A stretch of 64,000 nt of DNA from positions 8,736 through 72,735 of IMG/VR virus record IMGVR_UViG_3300032290_001644; one strand, 5' to 3'. The DNA comes from a virus (lineage: Duplodnaviria; Caudoviricetes). The position numbers and the translations under genes are program-made. The notes below the pieces were generated by a model. It ran no database searches and was not told where the DNA came from. It saw nothing but the letters and a program-made list of their open reading frames with translations. Shown piece after piece: positions 56,664 through 64,000 of the stretch (positions are counted from its first letter, which is position 1; the number at the start of each line of letters is the position of its first letter).

Positions 56664-57392
56664 ATGCCTTTGATCTATGAGCCTACACCAGCACAACTGG
56701 ATGACATGAAAGCCACGATAAAAAATTTCAAAAAGATGGCAGATATGCATCCCGAATGCGAGGCAGAAATTGCCAAAGATAAAATTTCTATTACTGTAAT
56801 GGTGGATGATGTATCCAGTATCATCACCATGAGAGACCCAATGATCTTTGCTCGTACTGACTTCTACAAAGGATTAGAGATTGAAAAGAATTTTGGTATG
56901 AGAAGTGATTTTGTTCGGATCCTGGATGAGCTAGTACACCTTCAAGCCGATTGCCTTGAGGAAGAAACATTCCTAAGAGATATTCAAACAACCTTGATGC
57001 AAACTTTTGAGCTACTCAAAAACACAAAATTTCATGTGAGCATGAGCAACGATCTTATTCTTTCTATGAAATATGATGAGTTTGAGTGGCGAGCAATACT
57101 CAAAGAAAAACGATGGCTGGAAGTTAGCGTATTTGATAACCATGAAACCGTGTCTGGTTGTTGGCCAACATATTCGTTTCCTAAAAAAGCGAATGAGCTT
57201 GCAGATCTTCTGATCCAAGGCTTCTTAAACTTTCTTAGTCTCTATGTATCATCAGATACGATTGATGAGCTTCGCACAAATCCAGCGACACATAAACGCA
57301 CGCATCATTCTGATGAAAATCAAAGACATGAAAATATCCGAAAAGCTCTAGCGTCTTTGGATGCATGGCTCGACGAAGACGATGAAGACTAA
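56664..57392 (+). CDS. Hypothetical protein inserted antisense in the tail module
   Basis: 242 aa from MPLIY; acidic C-terminus DEDDED. Confidence 0.65.
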   Translation: MPLIYEPTPAQLDDMKATIKNFKKMADMHPECEAEIAKDKISITVMVDDVSSIITMRDPMIFARTDFYKGLEIEKNFGMRSDFVRILDELVHLQADCLEEETFLRDIQTTLMQTFELLKNTKFHVSMSNDLILSMKYDEFEWRAILKEKRWLEVSVFDNHETVSGCWPTYSFPKKANELADLLIQGFLNFLSLYVSSDTIDELRTNPATHKRTHHSDENQRHENIRKALASLDAWLDEDDED

Positions 57393-57534
57393 TTTTGAAC
57401 ATTCAGAGCTAAACATGTTCAAAAAGCCTCGATTTTGAACAATACATTATTTTTATCTTTTTTCTTGCAATAAACTATCTTTTGGATTTATTTACTCCAT
57501 ATGGTCCAATGTGGGATAGTATCAATCCACTAGG

Positions 57535-58017
57535 TTAACCAAGCTGTTCGGTATCCTTGATTTCAATTAACTTCAATGCTTGAAAATTAATATTTGTTGC
57601 CATCAGTGTTTGGCGGTTTACGGTGAAACTTTGGCTCTCAGGTTTGCACCCCTTGATCAAATATCGTGTTTTTTGACCTGCTCCAAAATCAGCTGAATCA
57701 GCCAATTCCAGATCAATCCCTTGAGTGAAGAAATTTACAACATCGACGGTTCTTTGTTGGTTGGTAGCGGTAGCAAGATGACTAGGTACAAGACCTTGTG
57801 CTGCTGATCCACCATCTGGAATTACTCTCATGAAACCTACTTGACAGCTCACTGTTCTACCAACAGGCTCAATATCATAGCTATCAATAGAGCCAAGTAC
57901 ATCTACTCTTTGCAAGGTGTAGTTTTCGGTTACAGTGATATTTGTGCAATAGCCAATCGCTTTGCCATCTTTTTTTACAATTGCGGATGCACCGCTGATT
58001 ACTCTAGGTTGTACCAT
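57535..58017 (-). CDS. Tail tube protein
   Basis: 160 aa after the sheath; ISGA.AIV...G..IGYCTNITVTENY. Confidence 0.85.
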   Translation of the reverse strand: MVQPRVISGASAIVKKDGKAIGYCTNITVTENYTLQRVDVLGSIDSYDIEPVGRTVSCQVGFMRVIPDGGSAAQGLVPSHLATATNQQRTVDVVNFFTQGIDLELADSADFGAGQKTRYLIKGCKPESQSFTVNRQTLMATNINFQALKLIEIKDTEQLG

Positions 58018-58019
58018 TT

Positions 58020-59957
58020 TTAGATCCTTCCGACATTAGCTGTGATAGTGATGAAATTGAGAGGCTCAATCCCTGCCATAGCATAAACAACACTGATAGT
58101 ATCACCGACCTGACGAACGACAACATCTTTGAAATCAAGGATCAATCCGCTATCTCTTTGAAAGCTTAACCGGTTGATAGTTAAGCGTTGTACATTGTCT
58201 TTTTGAGCAACGGTTGACTTGCTACCAATCTCACTATCAAGGAAGAGTCTCAAATCTCTAATGCTAAGATTGATGCTCTCATTGGCAGATACTTCAGTAT
58301 AGAAGGGATTTAGATCCTTGAGCCAGGTTGTGATTGATCGTTCAACCTTGAGACCTCGATCTTTTCCGTTCAAAATCACAATACCTTTTTGGATAGCAAG
58401 ACTAGCTTCAGACTCGGGATTGAAAGCTTGTGTTGTGTCAAAAATCTTAGGTTGCTTTCTAGTGAGAGGGGTAGCAACACCGAGAGATGCTTGAAGGCAA
58501 GCCATGAAGAAGGCCAATGCTTTAGGTTCTAGTGTCTTTTTCTCACCGCCAACAAGCACGATAGGAGATTGACCAACAACGGCACAATTACGATCATTCA
58601 ATACTTTTACATATTGAGCATAGATTTGATTGAGTGTTAAGTTTGCACTTGTACCGATCCAAGCATTTCGTTCAAGGCCGGCTTCTACTGATGCTTTTAC
58701 ACAATGATCTTTGACCAGTTGGTGAATAGCAATATCATCAGTGTATGCAACAACAATGTTGATTTGCTTGTACACTAGAGCATCAAGAGCGGATTGCCAA
58801 TCACTAGAAGTGAGAGCACCGATTGAGCCACCAATTAAATTAAAGCCTACGGTTGAGCCTACTGGTCTATCACCGCTAACAATCTCACCTTCCACAACAA
58901 GACTACCATCAAGAAAATCTTTGAGGAAAGAGCAATCACAAGTGAGGGATAACGCACTTGATACAATACTTGTACTTGCAACATTATCCAGCTGTTCACC
59001 GCTAACAATAGACTCAGGCAACACTACAACAATATCATCATTGCTTTGATTGATTGTTGTCAGTGTTGAGCCAATATTAGAGATATCTGATAGCTTTGCT
59101 GAGTATAAGGATCCGCTGATTTCAATACTACCAGCATAATCACTGGCACCATCCAAAACGATGCTTGTGATTTGTGAATATGTTTGGCTGGTTGTGATTG
59201 TTGTACCGACTGCACCAGCTGGCAAAGTAGTGGTGGTTGTGATTGTGCTACCCGCTTCTGATAGACCATGAATTGTAATTGCTACGGCTGAAGGGGAGCT
59301 ACTTGTTCTTTGGGTAAAGGTCAATGCACCACTTACAATCAAAGCGTTAAAATCGATTGCAGTACCTGGTATAATGATTGAGGATGCGATATTCTTAATG
59401 AAATTGATAGCGAGCTTATCAGTAGCTTGATTGATCAATAGCTTGACATCGCTAAGAAGTGTACCGGTATATTGTAGGCTGGCAATCGTGCCTTTACCAA
59501 TAGCAATGCTTTTTTCCTTGAGGTTTCCACTCTCATAAACAAAAAGATCGTATAGATCTGGATCATTACCGTTCTCATCTAAAGCCACAAAAACACGATT
59601 GCCACATGTCCCATAGTGTTTTGCTTTGATCTTGAGACCGTTAATAGTCTTGCTTGCTTGCGTTGCTTGTCGTGCATTGACAATTGTAAGGCTTGTGGGA
59701 TTGCCACCTAAATCCGCTCTAGGTGAGAAACCAATCTGACCCAAAATATCAAGACCATATTCCCCCCCAGTCGCTTCTAAGAAGGCTTCTAGGTTGTCAT
59801 AGGTATTGACACTATCTTTTTGGAAGAGTGGAAAATCACCGACAAGAGCTACGGCACCGCTTGCAATGCTGGGATTTGTAGTAGGTGCTTGTTTGATTTC
59901 ACCGTATACGCCAGGTCTATATTTTCTTCCGCCTTGGAAGACGATTGATGAAGGCAT
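58020..59957 (-). CDS. Contractile tail sheath protein
   Basis: 645 aa; RKYRPGVY, ALVGD, WQSALDAL, PLTRK, VERSITT, EPLNFITIT. Confidence 0.92.
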   Translation of the reverse strand: MPSSIVFQGGRKYRPGVYGEIKQAPTTNPSIASGAVALVGDFPLFQKDSVNTYDNLEAFLEATGGEYGLDILGQIGFSPRADLGGNPTSLTIVNARQATQASKTINGLKIKAKHYGTCGNRVFVALDENGNDPDLYDLFVYESGNLKEKSIAIGKGTIASLQYTGTLLSDVKLLINQATDKLAINFIKNIASSIIIPGTAIDFNALIVSGALTFTQRTSSSPSAVAITIHGLSEAGSTITTTTTLPAGAVGTTITTSQTYSQITSIVLDGASDYAGSIEISGSLYSAKLSDISNIGSTLTTINQSNDDIVVVLPESIVSGEQLDNVASTSIVSSALSLTCDCSFLKDFLDGSLVVEGEIVSGDRPVGSTVGFNLIGGSIGALTSSDWQSALDALVYKQINIVVAYTDDIAIHQLVKDHCVKASVEAGLERNAWIGTSANLTLNQIYAQYVKVLNDRNCAVVGQSPIVLVGGEKKTLEPKALAFFMACLQASLGVATPLTRKQPKIFDTTQAFNPESEASLAIQKGIVILNGKDRGLKVERSITTWLKDLNPFYTEVSANESINLSIRDLRLFLDSEIGSKSTVAQKDNVQRLTINRLSFQRDSGLILDFKDVVVRQVGDTISVVYAMAGIEPLNFITITANVGRI

Positions 59958-59969
59958 AGTATGCTCCTT

Positions 59970-60635
59970 TTATTTCGTGTAAGTTGTAACATCGCCACCA
60001 TACTGATCAATTTGCACAAAAATTGGCAATTCTTGATCTGATGAGGTTGTTAGTGTAGGCAGGTACATGTGATGAATAGCTGTGAATTTGAGCCTTCTCT
60101 TAAAATTAACAAGAGAGCTAGACTCAGCGTTCAAAGTGGTTTCTTGATCCATATCAGTGCTAGATACAAACCTTAAGTTATCATATCCAACCTTGATCAA
60201 GGCTGATTTGTATTGTAGGAAACTTGCGTGCGTGATTGCATGTAGTACTCTCACCAAATCCTGATCTTGTGCATAGATCGTAATATCTACGGATTGAAGA
60301 GTGAGAAGGTGAAAGTGTTTCTCATCGCTCAAATCCCCCAAGCCTTGCGTTTCAAAAGCTTGCTCCATCAATTTAATACTGATCATAGGCAAGCTTTGAA
60401 CTTTACCCGTATTCGCTAGATCAATTGAGATTGGATGCTTCGCTTGGGTCTCCATGAAGAGCTGGTAAAATTTGGTTTGTAAGGCTTGAGATATTGTAGG
60501 GAATAGCTGATTAAACCTCGTCTGTTGGGAGTACAAGGCTAATCCATTCCTTAAAATATGTGTAAAATGAAGATCAAACATTGAAGAAATCCAGTGATGC
60601 AGTGGCTTGTGTGAGTAGTGGTGTATGTAGCTCAC
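59970..60635 (-). CDS. Tail completion/terminator protein
   Basis: 221 aa immediately upstream of the sheath. Confidence 0.5.
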   Translation of the reverse strand: MSYIHHYSHKPLHHWISSMFDLHFTHILRNGLALYSQQTRFNQLFPTISQALQTKFYQLFMETQAKHPISIDLANTGKVQSLPMISIKLMEQAFETQGLGDLSDEKHFHLLTLQSVDITIYAQDQDLVRVLHAITHASFLQYKSALIKVGYDNLRFVSSTDMDQETTLNAESSSLVNFKRRLKFTAIHHMYLPTLTTSSDQELPIFVQIDQYGGDVTTYTK

Positions 60636-61386
60636 TTGGTTGCTTATACACTACCTTAGTATCCCTAATGCTATGAGGATAAGAGCCAATCTTATAGATA
60701 GGATGCATAAAATAAGAGATAGCGAATAGTGTACCGGCGGTTGGTGCAGTGCTAGGAGATATACTAAAATCAATCTTCCCATCAGTGGTAATCGTGAAAT
60801 GCTGGTCTTGAACGAGTACGCCACCCAAAACCGCCAAACCTTGTGCATTTGCTTTTTGAAGGTGTAGTACGCCAATTTCAACCTCCCCCGATGATAAAGT
60901 CATAGATCTTTTTACGATAGGATACCGAGTACTAGCGATTAAACCGCTGCTTGGCATAGTCACGCTTTCAGTGTATCTCATGACTGAATGTTGCAACACT
61001 AGCTTATCCCCAAAACCTAATAAATGCTCTGGATGCGTTGTGATATTTACCTTCTCATCACGATATACACCATACTCACTGACCGAATACACGCCACCCA
61101 TGCTTGTGATGATTGCCATAATCACTTGGGGGGAATGTAGGATAATTCCTTGGCCTTTACATACGGGACAAGCATTGTTAAAGCCTGTGGTAGATGCTAC
61201 CGTGCTTGAGATACTTGCTAGATCTAAACCTAATTCATTCCCTTGTTGCCTACATGGACATTCCGTAGTTTGATACCAAAGCACTTCCTGGCCTTTTTGA
61301 TCCACCAATTGCTTAAATTGCTTATCCATGAAGTCAACACGATTCTTGCGTTGATCCATCTGATTGATAGGTAGTTGCATACTCAA
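60574..61386 (-). CDS. Head-closure (neck) protein
   Basis: VLWYQTTECPCR...CPVCKGQG pattern; position in the neck module. Confidence 0.6.
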   Translation of the reverse strand: MSMQLPINQMDQRKNRVDFMDKQFKQLVDQKGQEVLWYQTTECPCRQQGNELGLDLASISSTVASTTGFNNACPVCKGQGIILHSPQVIMAIITSMGGVYSVSEYGVYRDEKVNITTHPEHLLGFGDKLVLQHSVMRYTESVTMPSSGLIASTRYPIVKRSMTLSSGEVEIGVLHLQKANAQGLAVLGGVLVQDQHFTITTDGKIDFSISPSTAPTAGTLFAISYFMHPIYKIGSYPHSIRDTKVVYKQPSELHTPLLTQATASLDFFNV

Positions 61387-61398
61387 GCCTTTCTCTTT

Positions 61399-62364
61399 CT
61401 AAATGATTGCTATATTCATAGCACGGTACTTGGCCTTTAGCTGGGGGATAACCTGATCTAGCTCCGCTCGATACTGCTTGATCAAAGCATTGTATGCACC
61501 AGCATCCCCTGATTTAGTGGTACTAATACTTTGAGATAGGCCGTCAACACCAAGAGAGAAGTTTGATATACCAGCTCCCGCTACCAAATTACCACTTACA
61601 CCAAGAGGCAAGATACTTGCCATCAAACTGATTGCCTTAATCAAGGCTGGCTCAACGGTAGTGAGCTTCCATGTGATTTGGGTATCTTGAGTAGGTGCTT
61701 GTGATACCCCAATCGTGAAAACCTTAGTACCTGCAATTTTCATTTTGGGGTATAGTGCACCATTGCTTGCTCCAGTAAATTCACACTCAACAAGAGGCTT
61801 TGTAGATAGGGTAGCTCCTGGGATTGTCACATCTACACTTGTTTGACCGGCCTTGATTGTTGCAATACCTTCTTCAAATCTAAAGCCGGCAATATAATCT
61901 ACCCCCCAATAACCTGGGACATTGTTGTAAGGATTAAACACATCCCCGAAAACAAGAGGCATCCCGCTTCTAAAAAAGAACGAGCCTATACTATCACTTG
62001 TGGGAATTAGATTGACTTGACCGGCTTCTGGACCAATCACATTAAACCAGTTTAGAGGCATGACCATGAACGGATTATTCCCTAATTGTAAGCGAACTTC
62101 CGTCATCTCAACAACCGGACGATGATTGAGATGCCAAGGCCAAAAGCTTTCTCTATCCTTGGAATTTGCATCATGTCTTTCCCCTACCACTCTAAGAGGA
62201 TCAATGACAATACCCAGCTCCATCTCAAGGCTAGAGACGGCTTGTTTGATTGCATCAGTCAGTAGTAAATCACTAAACGGACTCCCTTGATCCGTTGTTA
62301 AATCAATTCCACCTAGATATGTCTGTCTTAATCGTTGGGGGGTAACAAAATCAAAAATACTCAT
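61399..62364 (-). CDS. Head-tail adaptor (neck) protein
   Basis: AIKQAVSSLEMELG, L.HRPV.....V.L, V.YIAGF, GAGIS..SLGVDGLSQS; start at MSIFD (GGAG RBS). Confidence 0.7.
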   Translation of the reverse strand: MSIFDFVTPQRLRQTYLGGIDLTTDQGSPFSDLLLTDAIKQAVSSLEMELGIVIDPLRVVGERHDANSKDRESFWPWHLNHRPVVEMTEVRLQLGNNPFMVMPLNWFNVIGPEAGQVNLIPTSDSIGSFFFRSGMPLVFGDVFNPYNNVPGYWGVDYIAGFRFEEGIATIKAGQTSVDVTIPGATLSTKPLVECEFTGASNGALYPKMKIAGTKVFTIGVSQAPTQDTQITWKLTTVEPALIKAISLMASILPLGVSGNLVAGAGISNFSLGVDGLSQSISTTKSGDAGAYNALIKQYRAELDQVIPQLKAKYRAMNIAII

Positions 62365-62383
62365 AGATACTCCACTAGGGGGA

Positions 62384-62695
62384 CTATGATCCACCCTTCT
62401 TTTTGCTTGATTTCTTTGGCTTGGCAACCTCAAGCTCTTCTTCCCCTATCATACTTAAAATTAAATTAGCTTGCTTATCTTCTACTTCTGATTGCTTATC
62501 CTCTTGTTTGCCTTCCTCTCCCTGATCCGCATACCATGTAAAGAGAGATGGATTTAATTTGATGTAGGCTTCTTCGTTGGCGTGAAATTTAGTTAAAACC
62601 TTACCGCTTGGCATCTCAACCATAAACTTAATTCCTCTAAATTGTGTGATAAATGCACCACTACCCATCGTAAATTTTCTATTGTATATCCACAT
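62384..62695 (-). CDS. Small protein downstream of the major capsid gene
   Basis: About 95-103 aa with an acidic then basic tail. Confidence 0.5.
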   Translation of the reverse strand: MWIYNRKFTMGSGAFITQFRGIKFMVEMPSGKVLTKFHANEEAYIKLNPSLFTWYADQGEEGKQEDKQSEVEDKQANLILSMIGEEELEVAKPKKSSKKKGGS

Positions 62696-62721
62696 GTTGA
62701 GATGCTTCCCTTATAGTTATC

Positions 62722-63999
62722 TTAGAAATTAGCGTTTAAGTAGTTTGCTGCAACGCCTGATGCATTGTTGACACCAGCATTACGGACAACCCAGAATTTA
62801 TTAGGAGTCTTGACCATCAAGCTACCGAAGAGCATGAGCAAGAATGGTCTTGTTGTGCTTACTTGAGCTAAATCTTTTCTCATGAAATCCATTAACTTAG
62901 CGAACGCCATTTGACCTGGATCATGGTTTGCAAAAACAATGTGAGAGCAACCGTACATGAAATGATTGTAATCAGCAAAGTTGTTGCCTTCGAGTTGAGC
63001 AGCAGATACTTCCATCAAGAATTTCAAGCTGTCGGTATTGACTGCATTTGCTGAAGTTGCCTTAGCGGTACGATAGATACGATAAGAAATTGCTGGGTTG
63101 CCACCATTTCTTGTAATCTTCATGCTTACTTTATCACCACTGGCAATTTGTACGGCATCAGAAACGATAGGTAAGGTCATCCCTAATTTATTTACGGCTA
63201 CTACTGCATATTTATAGAAACCAGCATCACCAGCTTTGAATTTGCTCTTGCCACTTGCATCAGCAGCGGCGGTTGGTTGTGTACCAAAAGAGGCAACGAT
63301 ACCATGACCAACCAATTCAATTGAATTAGGCTTTTCAGATCTTTCAAGGAATGGTGCACTTACGATTTCTACTGGACCATATGGAGCCATAACGGTGATA
63401 GATTTAACACCTGCAACAATGGAATTACCGCTAACACTGATATCATAACGGCCTTGTTCATTAAATTGCTTTTGTAATTCAGCATACACATTAGGAGTTA
63501 CATAGATAGTATCTGGTTCACCGAAATTGGGTGAGCTATATACAGCACCGAGGATTTCTTGTAAGAGAAGAATTGTTGGTGCACTACCTTCGAGGTCCCA
63601 TGTATTTGAACGATAAGGACGACCTTGACCGTCAACGATTGCACCGCTTGTGCGTTCGATTTGCTTGATCAAACCATCGAAACCATCTGGATTTGTATCT
63701 TCATCGCCAAACCAAAGAGCCTTTTCCATCTTCTTGAGAAGAGTTAAAGTACCTCTTTCAGTTTCTTCAGCTAGAGCGGTTGAATTGCCACCAAGAAGAG
63801 AAAGCATAGAGGCCATATCAGAAACTTGGCGTCTTTCAGCCATGAATTTGATCTTGACAAACTTGCGTTCATATACTGATTGATTTGTAGAAAGAGTATC
63901 GCTACCGCCTTGACCTTCAGAGATGAATGGAGAAGAGTCAAGACCGTTTTCGATAACGCTGGTATATTCATGAACGAAGTTGTTAGCGGTTGTCTTGGC
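62722..63999 (-). CDS. Major capsid protein (5' end beyond the window)
   Basis: Frame stays open to the window edge (AKTTANNFVHEY...KFMAERRQVS); KMEKALWFGDE..NPDGFDGLIKQI recalls SPO1/Twort-type capsid proteins. Confidence 0.85.
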   Translation of the reverse strand, partial: AKTTANNFVHEYTSVIENGLDSSPFISEGQGGSDTLSTNQSVYERKFVKIKFMAERRQVSDMASMLSLLGGNSTALAEETERGTLTLLKKMEKALWFGDEDTNPDGFDGLIKQIERTSGAIVDGQGRPYRSNTWDLEGSAPTILLLQEILGAVYSSPNFGEPDTIYVTPNVYAELQKQFNEQGRYDISVSGNSIVAGVKSITVMAPYGPVEIVSAPFLERSEKPNSIELVGHGIVASFGTQPTAAADASGKSKFKAGDAGFYKYAVVAVNKLGMTLPIVSDAVQIASGDKVSMKITRNGGNPAISYRIYRTAKATSANAVNTDSLKFLMEVSAAQLEGNNFADYNHFMYGCSHIVFANHDPGQMAFAKLMDFMRKDLAQVSTTRPFLLMLFGSLMVKTPNKFWVVRNAGVNNASGVAANYLNANF

Positions 64000-64000
64000 C

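Noticed and set aside
2535-63971. Numerous 60-135 aa ORFs antisense or out of frame within long genes (e.g. 2535..2816, 11726..12106, 23600..24007, 42662..43087, 58741..59049)
   Set aside because: Shadow ORFs fully overlapping well-supported genes, with no RBS or motifs.
1-64000. CRISPR array or cas genes
   Set aside because: No run of three or more equal repeats with unique 25-45 bp spacers. The Cas4-like nuclease sits in the replication module, as is usual for phages.
1-64000. Stop-codon reassignment, reverse transcriptase/DGR, or group I intron
   Set aside because: Core genes are full length in the standard code; no RT motifs; the only interruption found is the in-frame intein.

Overview
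This window is about 64 kb of an AT-rich tailed dsDNA phage with a contractile tail, read in the standard genetic code, with no flanking host genes. It is probably most of a genome, but the portal, prohead protease and 5' end of the major capsid gene fall outside. There are three transcription blocks. (1) 1-29.6 kb, leftward except thyX: long fibre, terminase, SF2 helicase, PD-(D/E)XK exonuclease, family A DNA polymerase, SSB-like protein, primase-VirE helicase fusion, then an accessory region with two orphan type I methyltransferase (HsdM) loci, a serine recombinase and many HTH-repeat proteins. (2) 30.4-43.5 kb, rightward: RecU, beta clamp, an SspD/DndC-like PAPS-reductase-family protein, a deoxyribosyltransferase-like protein, class Ia RNR with an intein, a candidate ring nuclease, two nucleotide pyrophosphohydrolase-like genes and strongly promoted acidic early genes. 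(3) 43.5-64 kb, leftward: capsid, neck, sheath, tube, chaperones, tape measure, baseplate and an M15 endolysin. A non-coding inverted repeat with poly-C/G motifs marks the switch at about 30 kb. The best candidate for an undescribed system is a twice-repeated cassette in which two related HTH-repeat genes precede an HsdS-less HsdM with a shrunken N-domain. In one copy the HsdM is split into a catalytic core plus two alternative C-terminal tails encoded as separate coupled ORFs. All family calls come from motifs recognised by eye; no database searches were run.
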